A stretch of 64,000 bases of DNA from the human T2T-CHM13v2.0 reference genome, Homo sapiens. Made by a program: the position numbers and the translations under genes. Under the pieces are notes generated by a model. The model saw nothing but the letters and a program-made list of their open reading frames with translations, made no database searches and was not told where the DNA came from. Positions 15,828 through 30,324 of this stretch are shown here, one piece after another (the first letter of the stretch is position 1; every line of letters starts with the position of its first letter). The stretch lies in the NCBI RefSeq assembly GCF_009914755.1, contig NC_060928.1. One strand, given 5' to 3'.

Positions 15828-15880
15828 TTAATGGAACAGAACCATGCACATTTGTTTATGTATTGCCTATGGGTGCTTTC

Positions 15881-16189
<309 letters not shown>

Positions 16190-16271
16190 CGGGTGCTTTC
16201 TTGCTGTAATGACAGAGTTGAGTAGTTGTAACTACAAAGCCTAAACACTTACTACACGATCCTCTGTTTAA

Positions 16272-16411
16272 CCCACTTATGCCTAGTGTTCCATTAGTGG
16301 AGTGCTAAGCATGTGGGAATTACTTATATCCTACAGCTCAAGGTCATTGCCAAGGTCTGATTTTTCACTCATGGAAAAATTCAAAAAATTGCAATCTCTG
16401 GCATAAATGGG
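16272..16411. mobile_element. MER85 (piggyBac/PGBD3-derived MITE), full length 140 bp
   Basis: TTAA TSDs at 16268-16271 and 16412-16415; TIRs CCCACTTATGCC / GGCATAAATGGG; internal palindrome remnant GTTCCATTAGTGGAGT. Confidence 0.93.
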
Positions 16412-16881
16412 TTAAAAAGTTTGCCAACTCTTGATGAAAGCTACCCTTAACTTCTGTGATACTTCTTTCTCACTCTAATACTCACTAGTAGCAGTGCCCA
16501 CAAAGATTACTTTCTGGTTTTAGGGAAGAATTCTCAGGATTTATCTGGATGTCAAAAACTCCAATTGCTAGATACTTGGTTTACAATGGAACAGGAATGG
16601 AATGCATCTCTTTCAGATGTTTCTAAAGGCATTTACTTCATAAATTAGCTGGTTGATTTACACTGGTCTTTGCATTTGCTGACTCTGAAGTTGAAGCATC
16701 TCTGGACTCCCTTGGGAGGCCCCTGCTTATATCTGGTATCATTTGCTCCAATTTTTGCAGGATATTCTACATCAATACTATGTAGTCTGCTTTCTATATT
16801 CCAATTATCACATAAACATTTCTGATCCATTGCTTGCATTTGTTTATGTTTATTATCATTGTAATGATGTCATACTGTCTG

Positions 16882-17046
16882 TTTTCTTTCTTTCTTTCTT
16901 TTAGAGATAGGGTATCACTACATAACCCAGGCTCAAAGTGGTGCAATGATAGCACACTGCAGCCTCAAACTTCTAGGTTCAAGCAATCCTCCTGTCCCAG
17001 CCTTCTAAGTAGCTGAGACTAGAAGTGCATGCTACAATGCCTGGCT
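16882..17046 (-). mobile_element. Alu right-arm monomer (FRAM / AluJ fragment)
   Basis: Antisense single arm with (TTTC)n tail; CACTGCAGCCTCAAACTTCTAGGTTCAAGCAATCCTCC. Confidence 0.85.
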
Positions 17047-17144
17047 TGTTTTTGTGAAATTTCTGATGGGTCTATGAGAACTTTGGAAAGATATGAGCTA
17101 GATCTTTGTGCTCAAGATGTCATCTGGAACGTGAAACTTAAAAA

Positions 17145-18250
17145 AAATGTTTTACTAGGAGGAATAATCAATATTGCTAAATACTGCAGAGACTTCAAGT
17201 CAGATGTGGGTAGAAAAGTGGCTCTAGATATAGAAACAAGGATGTCATTGGATACCTTGGAGATAGGTTAACTGACATAGTGAGGGAAGAGGGCCGAGAA
17301 CAGCAACTTAAGGAATGGCTGAGATTTGAAGAAAACAAGTAACGTGAACACATGCAACATTTTAAAGTTTGACTTGAAGAAGAGTAATAGGCCTACATGT
17401 GGGCTGGAGATAGGTGATTAAATTGTAGACTTCTGTTAACTTATTTATTGTTGCTGCTGTTCTTTTTTGGGAGAGAAGAGAATACATCAAATTTAAAAGT
17501 GGAAGAAGCCTTGAGACAGAAAGGAGATTAAAAAAGAGTGACAGGGAATACTTTATTAAATGTATCCTTGAAAAAGCAGAAAAGAATAGAATCCTGGCAC
17601 AGATAAAATAATTCACTTTAGGTAAGATGGCAGGAAGGAGAAAAGGCAAAAAATGAAGGATGCGGACGCAATCTAGAAATTGATGGCAGGACATTGCAAA
17701 GGTTTTCATTCTATTGCTTTTATTTTCTACCTGAAGTACAAAGAGTATGTTAGGTATTAGCTAACCTAAGAAATTCAAAGGCAGTTGGAATAGCTGCCAC
17801 AGATAATGGAAGATAGAGAGAACTTGGATAATACTGAAGTACTGGTGAAATACTGAGGTTTCAATTGAGGATAGGTATCATTGTTTTGTAGTGACACAAG
17901 CTTCAGTTTGTAATTTCTATAATAGGTTTACACAGCCTGAGTAAGAGTACAAAAGAGGCCAATAGTTGGAGTTTCGCCCAGCAGGGGAGTGGGGGATTAG
18001 CAGGAGACTGGTATTTGGCCATGATGTCTAAAATGTATAGCGAAGGAAGCAGAATTAAAGGTGACTAACAGAGATCAAAGTAGAGGATTTAGGGACTGAG
18101 TACCCCTGTGGTAAAAAAAAAAAAAATGCAACACAGGGCAAAAATACGGAGTGAGAGAAAAGAAGCTGGGATTACAGTAAAATGCTTAAATATAAAATAA
18201 TAGATAAATCACTTCTATGCCATGAGCCCTTCCTTGTGTAGCTGTGGAGA
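17145..18250 (-). mobile_element. L2 LINE continuation
   Basis: AAATACTGCAGAGACTTCAAGTCAGATG...GATGTCATTGGATACCTTG resumes the L2 consensus where 13115 stops; right boundary approximate. Confidence 0.6.
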
Positions 18251-18524
18251 TGAGTTGTCTAGTTAAATTCTCACATCAAGTTGAAGAATTATTATGAACT
18301 TCCTCTCAGAGATGAGAAAATCTCAGAAAGGAAAGAAAAGAATCTGGAATTTGGAATGCCAAAAAGTAAAGAATTTGGAAGGCCAAAAAATAGAGTCTGG
18401 AATCTCAATACCAAAAAGTAAAGAAACTGGAAGTTGCAAATTATAGGTGTTTTTCCAGAAAGCCTTATGTTTTTTGAACTCTCTCCATGTCTCAATAAGA
18501 CTTCCAATGAGAAAGGAGCCATTA

Positions 18525-18866
<342 letters not shown>

Positions 18867-19739
18867 CTAGTCTGCTTCCATGGGGCTTCAAATCCTGGAG
18901 CAAATCACTCCCATCCCTTCCTACACTATCTATGTACCTTTCCAGACAATTTCAATAAAGAACATGACCCCTCATTTGAGAACTCTCAGATCTGGAGGGG
19001 CTTTTAAATTTGCAACTAAGTTCTTTTAAGGGCACTTTAAAGAGGGATATTTTGGAATTTTCTTCAATTAAAATCTCATTTTAGATTCTAAGGAACTTCC
19101 CTAAGTTATGAGAATACATGTTATGATTCAGATATATAGCTATGCCTACTCATTGGGACTTTTTCCCTATAAATATTGTGAAATAAAGCATCATACATTT
19201 TGGTGGTATAGAGAGAATCACTGAGTAATAGACCTCACCAAATAAAGCATTTTTATTTTAGAAGCATAAGTAAAACCTAAGAAGACTCTGGATTTATTTT
19301 CAGGAAAGGTTTCAAAATTGAAAGACTGGGATGCACAACAGTAAAGCAGTAGCTGTGTTTTAATAAATGAAAACAATGCTAATGAACATATAATAAATCC
19401 CTGTGCGATAGTGACTGGAAGAATAGTACAGAGTGAAATGGAAAAATCCACTGTTTATTCCTGATTCTTAAAAAAAAAAAAAAAAAGCCAATTAATACCT
19501 CCTCTTTGCTAATGCACTTTGGTTTGTTTGTTTTTCTGATTGAAGATATTTTAAGAAGGCAAGGAAAAGGATAACAAGATTTAAGTGAGAGGAGAAGCCT
19601 GATAGTGAAACTGGAAGGTGCCAAAAATAGCATTCCCAGGTGTATTTGTAAATGTGTTTTACATGCCGAGAATCTGTCCCTTGTAATGCTCATGGGCTAA
19701 GAGCCATTTGTCATAGCAACCTTCATCAACCATCCTAGG

Positions 19740-19975
19740 TGAATACTTTCTACCTTGTTTAGCTTATCACTTCACTGCATTTATTTCCTTCAAAGTATCT
19801 GTTTAAATACCTGTTTTGTTTTTAGTTACTCTTACTTCCTCGTGTCTTAAACCCTATTTTAACTATATAAGCTATTAAATCAGGAACAATGCTATTTTTG
19901 TGCACTATTGTCCACCAAGGACCTTACAAACAGTATGCACTTGATATCATTTGTTGACTTAACTAATGAATTTGC
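19740..19975 (+). mobile_element. L2 3' end fragment
   Basis: TATAAGCTATTAAATCAGGAAC...ATTTGTTGACTTAACTAATGAAT resembles the L2 terminus. Confidence 0.5.
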
Positions 19976-20100
19976 CATGTTCCTCAACTTGATGGCAACA
20001 ATTTTCAAATTAAGACTTACTGTGTCACTTAATGACTGTATTTGGGCATAGGTAACAGATCTTACAGTGGCTAATCCAAAGGGGATCACTGTTTTCCGTG

Positions 20101-21843
20101 TTTTAGTTTGTTTTATGTTTTTTTGATATATCATAATAGCTGTACTTATTTTTGGGGTATATGTGATACTTTGATACATGTATACAATGTATAATAATCC
20201 AATCAGGATAACTGGGATATCCACCACCTCAAACGTTTATCTTTTGTGTTGGGAACATTACAATATCCTTCTAGCTATTTTGAAATATGCAATAAATTAT
20301 TGTTAAGTATAATTCCCCTACTGTACTATTGAATACTAGAACTCATTCCCTTTCTCTAATTGTATTGTTGTACCCATTAACAAACTTATCTTCATACACT
20401 CCTTCCTCCTTTCCTTTGTAGCCTCTGCTAACTACCTTTCTAGTCTCTACCTCCATGAGATAAACTTTCCTTAGCTCCTACATGAGTGAGAACATGTAAT
20501 ATTTGTCTTTCTCTGACTGGCTTATCTCACTTAACATAATTACCTCCAGCTCCATCCATGTTGTTGAAGTGACAGGATTTTATTCTTTCTATGGCTGAAT
20601 AATATTTCATTGTGCATATATACAACATTTTCTTTGTCCATTCATGCACTGATGGACACTTAGGTTGATTCTGTATCTTGGCTGTTGTAAATAATGCTAT
20701 AATAAACATGAGAGTGTGGATGTCTCTTCAGCTTACTGATTTCCCTTTTTTTGGTTATATACCAAGCAGTGGGAAGGCTAAATTATATGATACATCTACT
20801 TTTAGTTTTTCAGAAACTTCCATACTGTTTTCCATAATGGCTATACCATTTTACATTCCCACCAACAGTGTACACGTGGTCCCTTTCTCCACATCCTTGC
20901 TAGCATTTAATTGCTGTCTTTTTTATAATAGCCATTTTAACTGGAATAAGATGATATTGTATTGTGGTTTTGATTTGCATTCCTGTGGTGATTAATGATG
21001 TTGAGCATTTTTTTCATACACTATTGGCCATTTGTATGTCTTCTTTTGAGAAATGTCTATTCAGGTCTTGCCCATTCTTTAATTGGATTATTTGGTTTAT
21101 TGCTTTTGAGTTGTTTCAGTTCCTTAATATAGTCTAGTAATTAATCCTTTGTCAGATGGATATTTTGCAAATATTTTCTCCCATTTTGTAGACTGTCTCT
21201 TCATTTTATGTTTTTCCTTTGCTGTGCATTTTAGCTTGATATAATACCATTTGTCTATTTTTGCTTTGGTTGCTTGTGCTTTTGAGCTCTTACCCAAAAA
21301 ATCTTTGCCCAGGCCAATGTCCTGTAGCATTTCCTCAATATTTTATTCTAGTACTTTCACAGTTTCATGTGTTACATTTATGTCTGTAATCTATTTTGAG
21401 TTAATTTTTGTATATGTTGAAAGATGGAGATCCATTTTTATTCTTCTGCATATAGATATCTAGTTTTCTCAGCACTATTTATTGAAAAGTGTTCTTTTCT
21501 CAATGTATGTTATTGGTGCCTTTGGTAAAATAAATTGGCTACAAGTGCATGAATTTATTTCTGAGTTCTCTATTCTGTTCCATTGATAAATGTGTCTGTT
21601 ATTATGCCAGTACCATGCTATTTTGGTAAATATAGCTTTGTAGTGTAATTTAAAATTAGGTAGCTTGATACCTCCAGCTTCGTTCTTTTTGGCTCAGAAT
21701 CGCTTTAGGTTTTTGAGGTCTTTTGTTGTTGCATACAAATTTTAAGATGACCTTTTTCTATTTCTGTGAAGAAAGTCATTGGTATTTTGACAGGGATTGC
21801 ACTGAATGTGAAGATCACTTTGGGTAGCATGAATATTTTATTT
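20101..21843 (-). mobile_element. L1MA4/5-like 3' fragment (ORF2 end plus 3'UTR)
   Basis: Minus-strand ORFs 21124-21330 ([16 protein letters not shown]) and 20527-20709 (MFIIALFTTAK..QPKCPS) are ORF2 C-terminal remnants; L1MA-type 3'UTR. Confidence 0.9.
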
Positions 21844-21846
21844 TCA

Positions 21847-22188
<342 letters not shown>

Positions 22189-22308
22189 TCAGGGTAAATA
22201 GTTCAGGAAACGTATGACAAGTCTACAACTCACCACTTGCCCTGGGATCCTTTGATTTTTTTATCCCATCCTTAGAATCCTTCATGAGAGCTGCTGGAAA
22301 AATGAAAA

Positions 22309-22354
22309 ATTACTTTCAGTGGCAAAAACCACAATTACTTTTGTACCAACCTAA
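22309..22354. mobile_element. Half MADE1 (mariner MITE, miR-548 progenitor family)
   Basis: GGCAAAAACCACAATTACTTTTGTACCAACCTAA followed by TA equals one MADE1/Hsmar1 TIR; the other arm is missing. Confidence 0.85.
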
Positions 22355-22557
22355 TAGTTTTCATGTATTTGTTTAACATGGGAAGATTTCAAAAGTATCA
22401 AAAATCTGTTAATAAGAAATAAGTTTGGGCAAATAATAGTCTCATACTAGAATGTTTCTTGATTGATATACAAGCCAGAAAAACCCTAATAAAACATTAT
22501 CATCGCCTGGTCTGTCTCACTCCAACAAGCAATAATGAGCCATTATAGACTGTTCTA

Positions 22558-22694
22558 GGAGGGATAGCATTGGGAGATATACCTAATGCTAGATGACGAG
22601 TTAGTGGGTGCAGCGCACCAGCATGGCACATGTATACATATGTAACTAACCTGCACAATGTGCATATGTACCCTAAAACTTAAAGTATAATTAA

Positions 22695-22725
<31 letters not shown>

Positions 22726-22736
22726 CAAAAAAAAAA
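22558..22736 (+). mobile_element. Very short L1PA2-like 3' end with (CAAAA)n tail
   Basis: GGAGGGATAGCATTGGGAGATATACCTAATGCTAGATGACGAGTTAGTGGG; GAG rather than ACA/ACG at the Ta-diagnostic site. Confidence 0.92.
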
Positions 22737-24126
22737 GGAAACCAAATTTTTATCACAAGAAAGTCCAGAGAGTACAGAGTTAGAGCAAATAGAGGGCTAA
22801 ATGAATTAAATATTTAATGGCAGGATAGGCCAGCCTGGTATGTACATACCAACTTTAGGGATGGTTTTTCCAATTAGATTTAAATATTCAGGTTGTTGAC
22901 AAAGACATCCTCTCCTCTAGACCATATTTGTATTGACACAGTCAAGCTATTAATTCTGAGATCCTCTCTTTTCCATACTTCATTTTATGACTAACTCTTT
23001 TTTGATGGGTACATTCTTTCTTTTGATATTTTACTGTCTTCAGTTATAATAAGTTTAGTCTTAACAATTGCAGAAGCTAATCTTTCTCTTTCAGGGAAAT
23101 TTGCATGTCTCTGATCTGATGCATTTACTTCACAGTTTAACTGTCAGAAAGTAATTTTGTTTCCACTTTTTCCAAGTTCTCCTGGAACTTTCCAGCACAG
23201 TCGTAAAACATTGACAAATAATGTGAACATGGTTTTCGATCTTAAAGTTGACTAATAAATATTAACCATAAAATTTCCTTCAATGTTTAATTTTTCTTTC
23301 AATTGCCCCTGAGGCTGATGAATTTTTCCTTATAGTATTTTAGGAATAAAGATTCTTCTGCTCATGTTCTAATATCAATATTGGCTTCCCCTTGGAGACT
23401 TTTGATAAACATGTTATTTTCTTAATATAAGACTTTTTAAATGTCTGAGCATCTGGTTGCTTAACATTCACCAACATATTATCAATTACTTCTCTTTTTA
23501 AGAGGAAAGAATTTGAAATTTGAATGTTCCAATTTCAGACTGGCCTTATGTTACTAATTGTGATTTTATGTAACTGTCTTGACATCCCTGAACTTTATTT
23601 TCTTTACCAGTGATATAGCTGCCAACTCTATCGCACACCACTGTTTTAAAGATCAGATCAGATTATATAAGCATGAGAACAAATAGGGTGGAAAGATAAT
23701 CTTCTTTCAGGCAAGAATTTCTACGTGTTGCTTAACTCCAAAGCTCTATAATTCTGGGTAAAATAACTTTAAATGCAATTGTCTGTTTGAATGCACCCTA
23801 TGTAAATATCTAGCCACAGCTATTTCTTTGGTGGTTTGGGTGGAAGCTGGATGTGCAAATTGTGGTACGTGAGGTGTGTATGTAAGATCCTTTAAAATAC
23901 AGGAGAAATTCAAAGTGAAGAGAACGGAATAAAGACTGAAAGTTGAGGGCGAAGGAATACTGTTCCTAGAACTGCCATATTCTAGAACTCTGAGACATCT
24001 GAAAATTCTAAATTTAAACTTAGCCCTCTAGGTTCTTGTGAACATATGTTGGTCAAAGTATGAAGACAGAGCCTATTTTATTTAACAACTTGCTTATTTG
24101 ATAAATTACTTTAAATAGGCATATGA

Positions 24127-24331
24127 AATTTTAAAATTAAGCGTGTAACTGGATTGTTTGTAACTGAAAGGATACATGCTTGAGGGAATGGATACCCCAT
24201 AATCCATGCTGTGCTTATTTCAAATTGCGTGCCTGTATCAAAACATCTCATGTATCCCATAAATATATACAGCTACTATGTACCTATAAAAATTAAATAA
24301 TAATAAAAGTGATAAAATAAAATAAATATTG
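24127..24331 (+). mobile_element. L1MA1-3-like 3' end
   Basis: GGATTGTTTGTAAC...TGCTTGAGGGAATGGATACCCC...CCTGTATCAAAACATCTCATG with A-rich tail; possible TSD AGGCATATGA. Confidence 0.85.
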
Positions 24332-25888
24332 AGGCATATGATATATACCTTTGCCCCAGGCACAAAGATATTATCGGCAGGCTTGCTTAGTCTTTCTGTA
24401 TTTCTATACTTAGAAAATATCAACATTTAAATATAGCCCTGTAGAAGGAGGGGTATCCCTATCTCCTTAATTCACAGGGGATATAATCGAGCTAGTGTTA
24501 TTAGGTATAAGTCACCACAAACAAGACAGGAAGAAATGTGTGCAGATATAAGATATGCTTTTCTTCTGCTTCAAAAAGTGGTCAGTTAAGAAAAAATTTA
24601 AACTTAATGGAGAAGTTCTTGAGACAGACTTTCTGAATGTAAAGACAAGCCAACCGTGACCAAGGAAGTCATTGTGCAAATGTCCAGATCAGAAAAGTAC
24701 TCTAAAATGTTGTGTGGAACACATATCCCTTGTAATGTCATTGCTTCTTCAGTTAGGTTCACAACTTTGTGTTTTTTCATTTGTTTGTTTTAGTCATGGA
24801 ATAGATCAATGAATCTTCTATGTTAAAAGCATCTTCCATGTTCAAGGAAGTTTTTCCTATTTTTTTCAACTTATATTACTTTATATTTTGGGCTATTTTT
24901 GCCTTTATGAACAATAACAGCACCAATGACTATGATTAGACATGATTGGGTGCATGTGTATATGTCTATTTTGGTAGCTGTCTGCATTTTTTTGCATTAA
25001 TTTTTACTTAAAACTAGGATTCTATTTTGTACCGTGTACTTTTAATTCATGGATTTATATTATAAGTTGATTTAATGAAAGGGAATAATTAAAGCCCACA
25101 GTATAATAAAATCTCAGATCTACTCCTGTATATTTTACTAACCTGAAGGGTTAGAGCATGAATTACCAAGATAATCACCTCTACTATCCACTGCATATGC
25201 CTAAACAATTTAAAGTTTAAGCATTATTTTACTTTCACATTTTTGCTCCTCTTTTCTTATATAAACAAATATGTCTTTCTTCCTCTGCTTTACACCCTAG
25301 TTGTTTGTCTGGTTATCTCTTTTTCTCTTCTTGTTATGTACTACATATGTCCATGAGTCTAGTTGTTTGTCTACTTAGGTTTTTTCTCTTCTGGTTATTT
25401 ACTATGTATATCCATGACTAATACTCCTGTCTTTCCAATATATAAACATTTGAAGGCAAATCGTTTTCCAGAAAGATTTCCATGCATGAGTAACAGGTAT
25501 TCTGAGAGTGAAATTAACCAGCTCATATTCCTCATCCCTTTATTCTGCCAAATGGGAAAACTAATCTTGTTATGTAAGAAGTCATTACTTCATCTACTCA
25601 TCAGCTGTTTTTGACATGCTCCAGTTGGCTCTCAGTTTGGAAATAAAATTGCACAAGGATGAAAATGAAGCCTGTTTCAGAACACTTTCAAGGAAGATTT
25701 GTTCCTGTAATGGGCTCTTTGCCGAAAGATACAGTTTTTAATTTGTGAGAAAATAAAAATGCAGTTCAAACAAGTGAAACATATAAAGTCAGAGGTCAAA
25801 AGACATTCTTCTTTTTATAGCAAGGAGGTTCAAACTCTGTATTAAGTGAAATTGAAAACACACATTTTTTGCTGTCTTCCACTTCTAG

Positions 25889-25992
25889 CAGTTTGGACAA
25901 TGTATCTGTGAAAACAACTTAAAATTAAGTCAGGTTTGGATCTGTCCGTTTTCTACACATACTAGTCTCAGAATCTACTTTTTTACCCCCAG
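25889..25992 (+). other. Candidate plus-strand exon
   Basis: TTTTTGCTGTCTTCCACTTCTAG|CAG acceptor and perfect CAG|GTAAGT donor; could be a pseudo-exon. Confidence 0.25.
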
Positions 25993-26309
25993 GTAAGTAT
26001 TTAATATGTTAACTTCAGTCTTACTATCTCTATTTCCTTGTAATTATAGTTCTCTCCTTACCACATTCTGGCAAATGAAACATTTCTAACATGATGTATG
26101 GAATAATAAAGAATGTTTGTATAATGTTTCCCACAGTAGCTCTGGTTGCAAGAGTTTTTATAAATATTGGAACTGAGAGCAATCCCAAAGGGTATATTGA
26201 AATAATCAAGGCTCAGGAAGAACACCGAAGTCTGAGATAAGGTTACTTATCAATATCATTATTACTATTATTATTTTATTTAGATATTTATAAAAGGTAG
26301 CAATTAAAA

Positions 26310-26490
26310 ATATAAAGACTCTGGGGGAAAAAAAACAAAAACCTTTTCTGTATGCATATCCCAGATTTTCCACCATCTAGCTGTATGATCTTGGGCACTC
26401 AACATCTCTGTGCCTCGACAGCCCCATCTATTGAATGGAGGCATAAAAATGAAGTAGATCCTAACTCATACAGTTGCTGTGAAAGTTTAA
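26310..26490 (+). mobile_element. MIR
   Basis: CTAGCTGTATGATCTTGGGCA..AACATCTCTGTGCCTC...CATCTATTGAATGG core. Confidence 0.7.
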
Positions 26491-29229
26491 TCTATCATTA
26501 CAAAGAGCCATCATTTGTTAAGCACTTGCATTGTATCAGACACTGTTCCAAGTAATTTAAAATACAAACATTTGGTAACTTTAAGAAAGTCTTAAAATAC
26601 TAACTTCCAAAGCACATTGAGGATTTACATACTCCTTGAAGCATATTTCTTTTATAGGAAAGTGAAGTAATGCTTCTCTCACATCAAATACTAATTTATT
26701 AGCTTACTAATATTTAAATGGATGATATATAGATCCAAGTACAAACACAAGATCCAAATAAAAACACATAATGATTAGAATTATTTCCTGTAGAAGGCAT
26801 TTTGCAAAAAACATCAACATGAAAGTAAACCAACTCATAGAACTGTGTACTTAAATATATGTACTCTTCTTGTATGCAAAACAGGCTTTAATAAACTTGA
26901 ATGAAAAACAAACAGAAAGCAAACCAAATCATTGGTTAATTTGTTGACAGCATGGGTAACCATGTCGTAATTGACTTACTATATTTTTAAAGGATCTCTC
27001 CTAACACCTACTAAATGTTTCTTCTCTGACTACAACAAATAGATTTGCATTAGAAAGAGGTCTTTACCCAGCTGAGTACTAGATGACCACATCATTGACA
27101 TATACACTTCGCCAATCCCAACGGCTCTACCACATGTATCTTTCCCTGGCTTAAAGCAATTTGCACTCTATACATGTAGGACATCCATAAAATGTACAGT
27201 TATCATTACACATGTAACTATTTAACATAAATAGTTTTAGATGATTTTCCATTAGAAACACAAAACTATTAACTATTCTGCAATAGCAAAAATCATGAGA
27301 ATCAAGTTCCTAAATTATCAGTGCCATCCAAAGAGTTGCTTTTAAGCTTTGACAAATAATAAATGTGGCTGAACAGAGTGGGGAAAATAGTTCCAGCTTT
27401 TATGGAGTCTTAACTACCCATAAGTAATTTTGGAAAATCCATTAATCTATTAAAATTGCAGAGCTCTGGACTTTCTTTCATTATTGACTGTCAGTAGAGA
27501 TTAAGTTTACCATCACTCCATGGCAGCTAAGGACAGGAGTACAAGGGGAAGGAAAACTGGGTTCCAGTCCCCATTCGGTAGACACTTAGGTGTCCAACCG
27601 TGCAAGATACTTACTCTCCCAGGGCTTTTGTTTTCTCATCTACATAACTGACAGATTATAAAGTCTTTCTTATAGTCTTGCTAAGTTTTGGGATCATGGT
27701 TAGGCACCATAAGAAGAGGAGTGTTCTTTTTAGAATATTACATCAAAGAAGTAAATATTACCTTAGGTCTTGAAAGAGTTAACGGGTTTCAATACTTCAA
27801 GAATAAATCCTCCACTTTTTTTTTTTTTACGATAAAAAACAACCTCGCTGGGGTTTGTTTTTCTTGAAATCTGTTATATTTAAAACATGCTGAGATATCA
27901 AGAAATGACCAATCTAATTACTTGCATTTTTGGCAAAGATTTAGTTTCTTAGGCAGTAAGAAACTAAATGAAAAACTGAGAGAGTATTTTTCTTTATCTT
28001 GAAGAAAAATATGAGAAAACTATTGAGTGAATTTTTGAGGAAAGGAAAAATATTCTCTCCCATTTTACACATTTCCTAATAAGTTTGTATTACTTTATCT
28101 TCTAATTTTTTAAAGGGTCCCTCTGTAAGCATTAATTTTAGTGACACTGAGGTAAGATAAATTGTAAAAAATAAAGTTTTGTATATATAAGCTGTATATA
28201 AACTGTAAAGCTCTATATAGATGTAACACATCCATTATTCTCACATTCTTGATCTTAATCAGAAATACAATTAGCCCTTATCTTGCTTTGTGCAACCAGA
28301 TTAGAAACATGAGTACCCAAGACAAACTTTTGTAGTATATCATATATAAGTAAAACAAATTTATTGAATGATAAAACAAAGGTGAGTTGAAAATATGAGC
28401 CCCCTGTGCTAGGTGTAAAATTAACAGTACTCTATCAGTATAATATTCTTGAGATACAAATAATTCTTGGAATAGTCTTTTTCACATAAAATTTAAATAT
28501 CTATTTTAAATTTGATCCCTAGATTTTAGCTATAGTAGACAACAGTAAATGTAACTCTGACTTTTCATTGAAGACCACAGAAGCTTCCATCTACTGGAAT
28601 TCACAAGGAATACCATATGATATCTATCATGGAACCTCATATCTCAATACTTCACAATCTAGCCACTATACCCACTGTATGTTCTATATAGAAAAGCCCC
28701 ATCAATTCAGAAAAAAAATGCAATGAACATGTCAGCTTTTTCTATTATCATTCTTTTTTTCATTGTAACTAAAAACCTCACATTTCAGGTTAGATACGTT
28801 TGAATCTAATTAGGTGGACCTTTTGGTTAGTCTTATAGTCATCAGTAATATGTTGTTAGAATTTCCTATAAAATCTACAAATGTGGGTCATACCTCAGGT
28901 GGATATCGCACTTAATGAAAATTATACCTGCATTGACTATTAGCTTGAAACCTCAGAACAATGCTGTCCTTATTTTCCATAACACTGTCACTAGATAGTA
29001 CTAATGTTTTATTTAGTTCTGCTGAGCCCAAATTTCTCTTCTTAGTTTATGACTTTTTTAGAAAGCTTTTACATCTGGAATTAGTTTCATATACCATGTT
29101 TTATCAGAGCTTTATTTTTCATGGATGTTATCAGTATCCCAAATGTTAGCTATTTTGCAAGGGCTCCAGTTGCATCTTTGTATTACAACAAAAAGTAAGT
29201 AGTTAAAATGTGGGAACCAGTTATGAAGA

Positions 29230-29430
29230 AAAACTAGCATCTAAAATCAAAGAGACCTGGTAATAAATGAGAATCTGACAATTACCACAGGTGTGAACTT
29301 CAATAATTCAATTAATTAATTTTTCTGAGCCTCGGTGAATATGTCTATAAACTACCAAAAAGGTTGCCATAAAAATTAAATGAAGTACTATATGTAAAGC
29401 TCAAAGCAGATAGTAAAAGTAGGTACTCAA
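29230..29430 (+). mobile_element. MIR
   Basis: AGAGACCTGG...TTCTGAGCCTCGG...ATTAAATGAAGTACTATATGTAAAGC. Confidence 0.6.
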
Positions 29431-30324
29431 TTTCATGCTAGGGTTGCTTATGATGATGATGACAATGAAGGAGATGACAAAGACAGTGTGTCCATCAGGA
29501 TGATTCAATGCTTCAATTAGTTTTCTGTTTGAGCCAGAGAAGAGGGGGTACTGGTACAAATGCAGTTTCCCAGAGAAGATATGAGGCATACCACATTGTG
29601 ACACTTCCTCTTCCTTGATCCTAATCAGTTGTTATTAAGGCATAATAGATACTTTATGAGAAGACAGGAAAAATTTCACTTTTGTAGATTAAACATGTTA
29701 AATATTCTTTCATCAATGGAAAAGTTTTTCACAATCCTAGGTATGTGGAGAAGGCATGATGGCTTCACATGCTTTCTAAAGGAAGTTCATTAAAAAATAA
29801 AATATGAAAAAATACATTTTTGAAGCTGTCTTTTCCTTCTCAGTTTGGCAACAGCTCTTTGATAAAAAGAATAGTTCTAATTGTCATGCCCTAAATATAT
29901 ATTCTGCATCATCGATCCTCTAATATTGTTAGGAAAAAGTAAGGACCAGAGTATTAATCACAGGCAGGCATACCCAGTGTTGAGAGCATTTTAATTTAAT
30001 GCTAATAAAAATAAAACTAGCTCCAACGCACTTTAACGACCCTATTACTGTAAAATTATATTATTTTGGAAAATATGTCTGCCCTATATAACATTATTTA
30101 TCATATTATAAAGAACTGAGAAAAAGATTTGGACAGAGAAAACAGATCATAGATAGGTTGTTAACAAGAAGACACTGTTCTTATTGTAATGAATGTGACA
30201 CACATGAATTAACCAATGTGCAAACAAAACTCGTTACCATTTTTGAGTGGAAAACTCACTGCTAATCTTTCCTGTTGATTTTGAAGATGATAGTAATTTA
30301 TAAAATGTATATATTTTTATTGAA

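Noticed and set aside
22309-22354. miR-548-family precursor
   Set aside because: Only one MADE1 arm is present, so no pre-miRNA hairpin can form
23099-23106. Octamer ATTTGCAT as a regulatory site
   Set aside because: An isolated 8-mer expected several times by chance in 64 kb of AT-rich sequence
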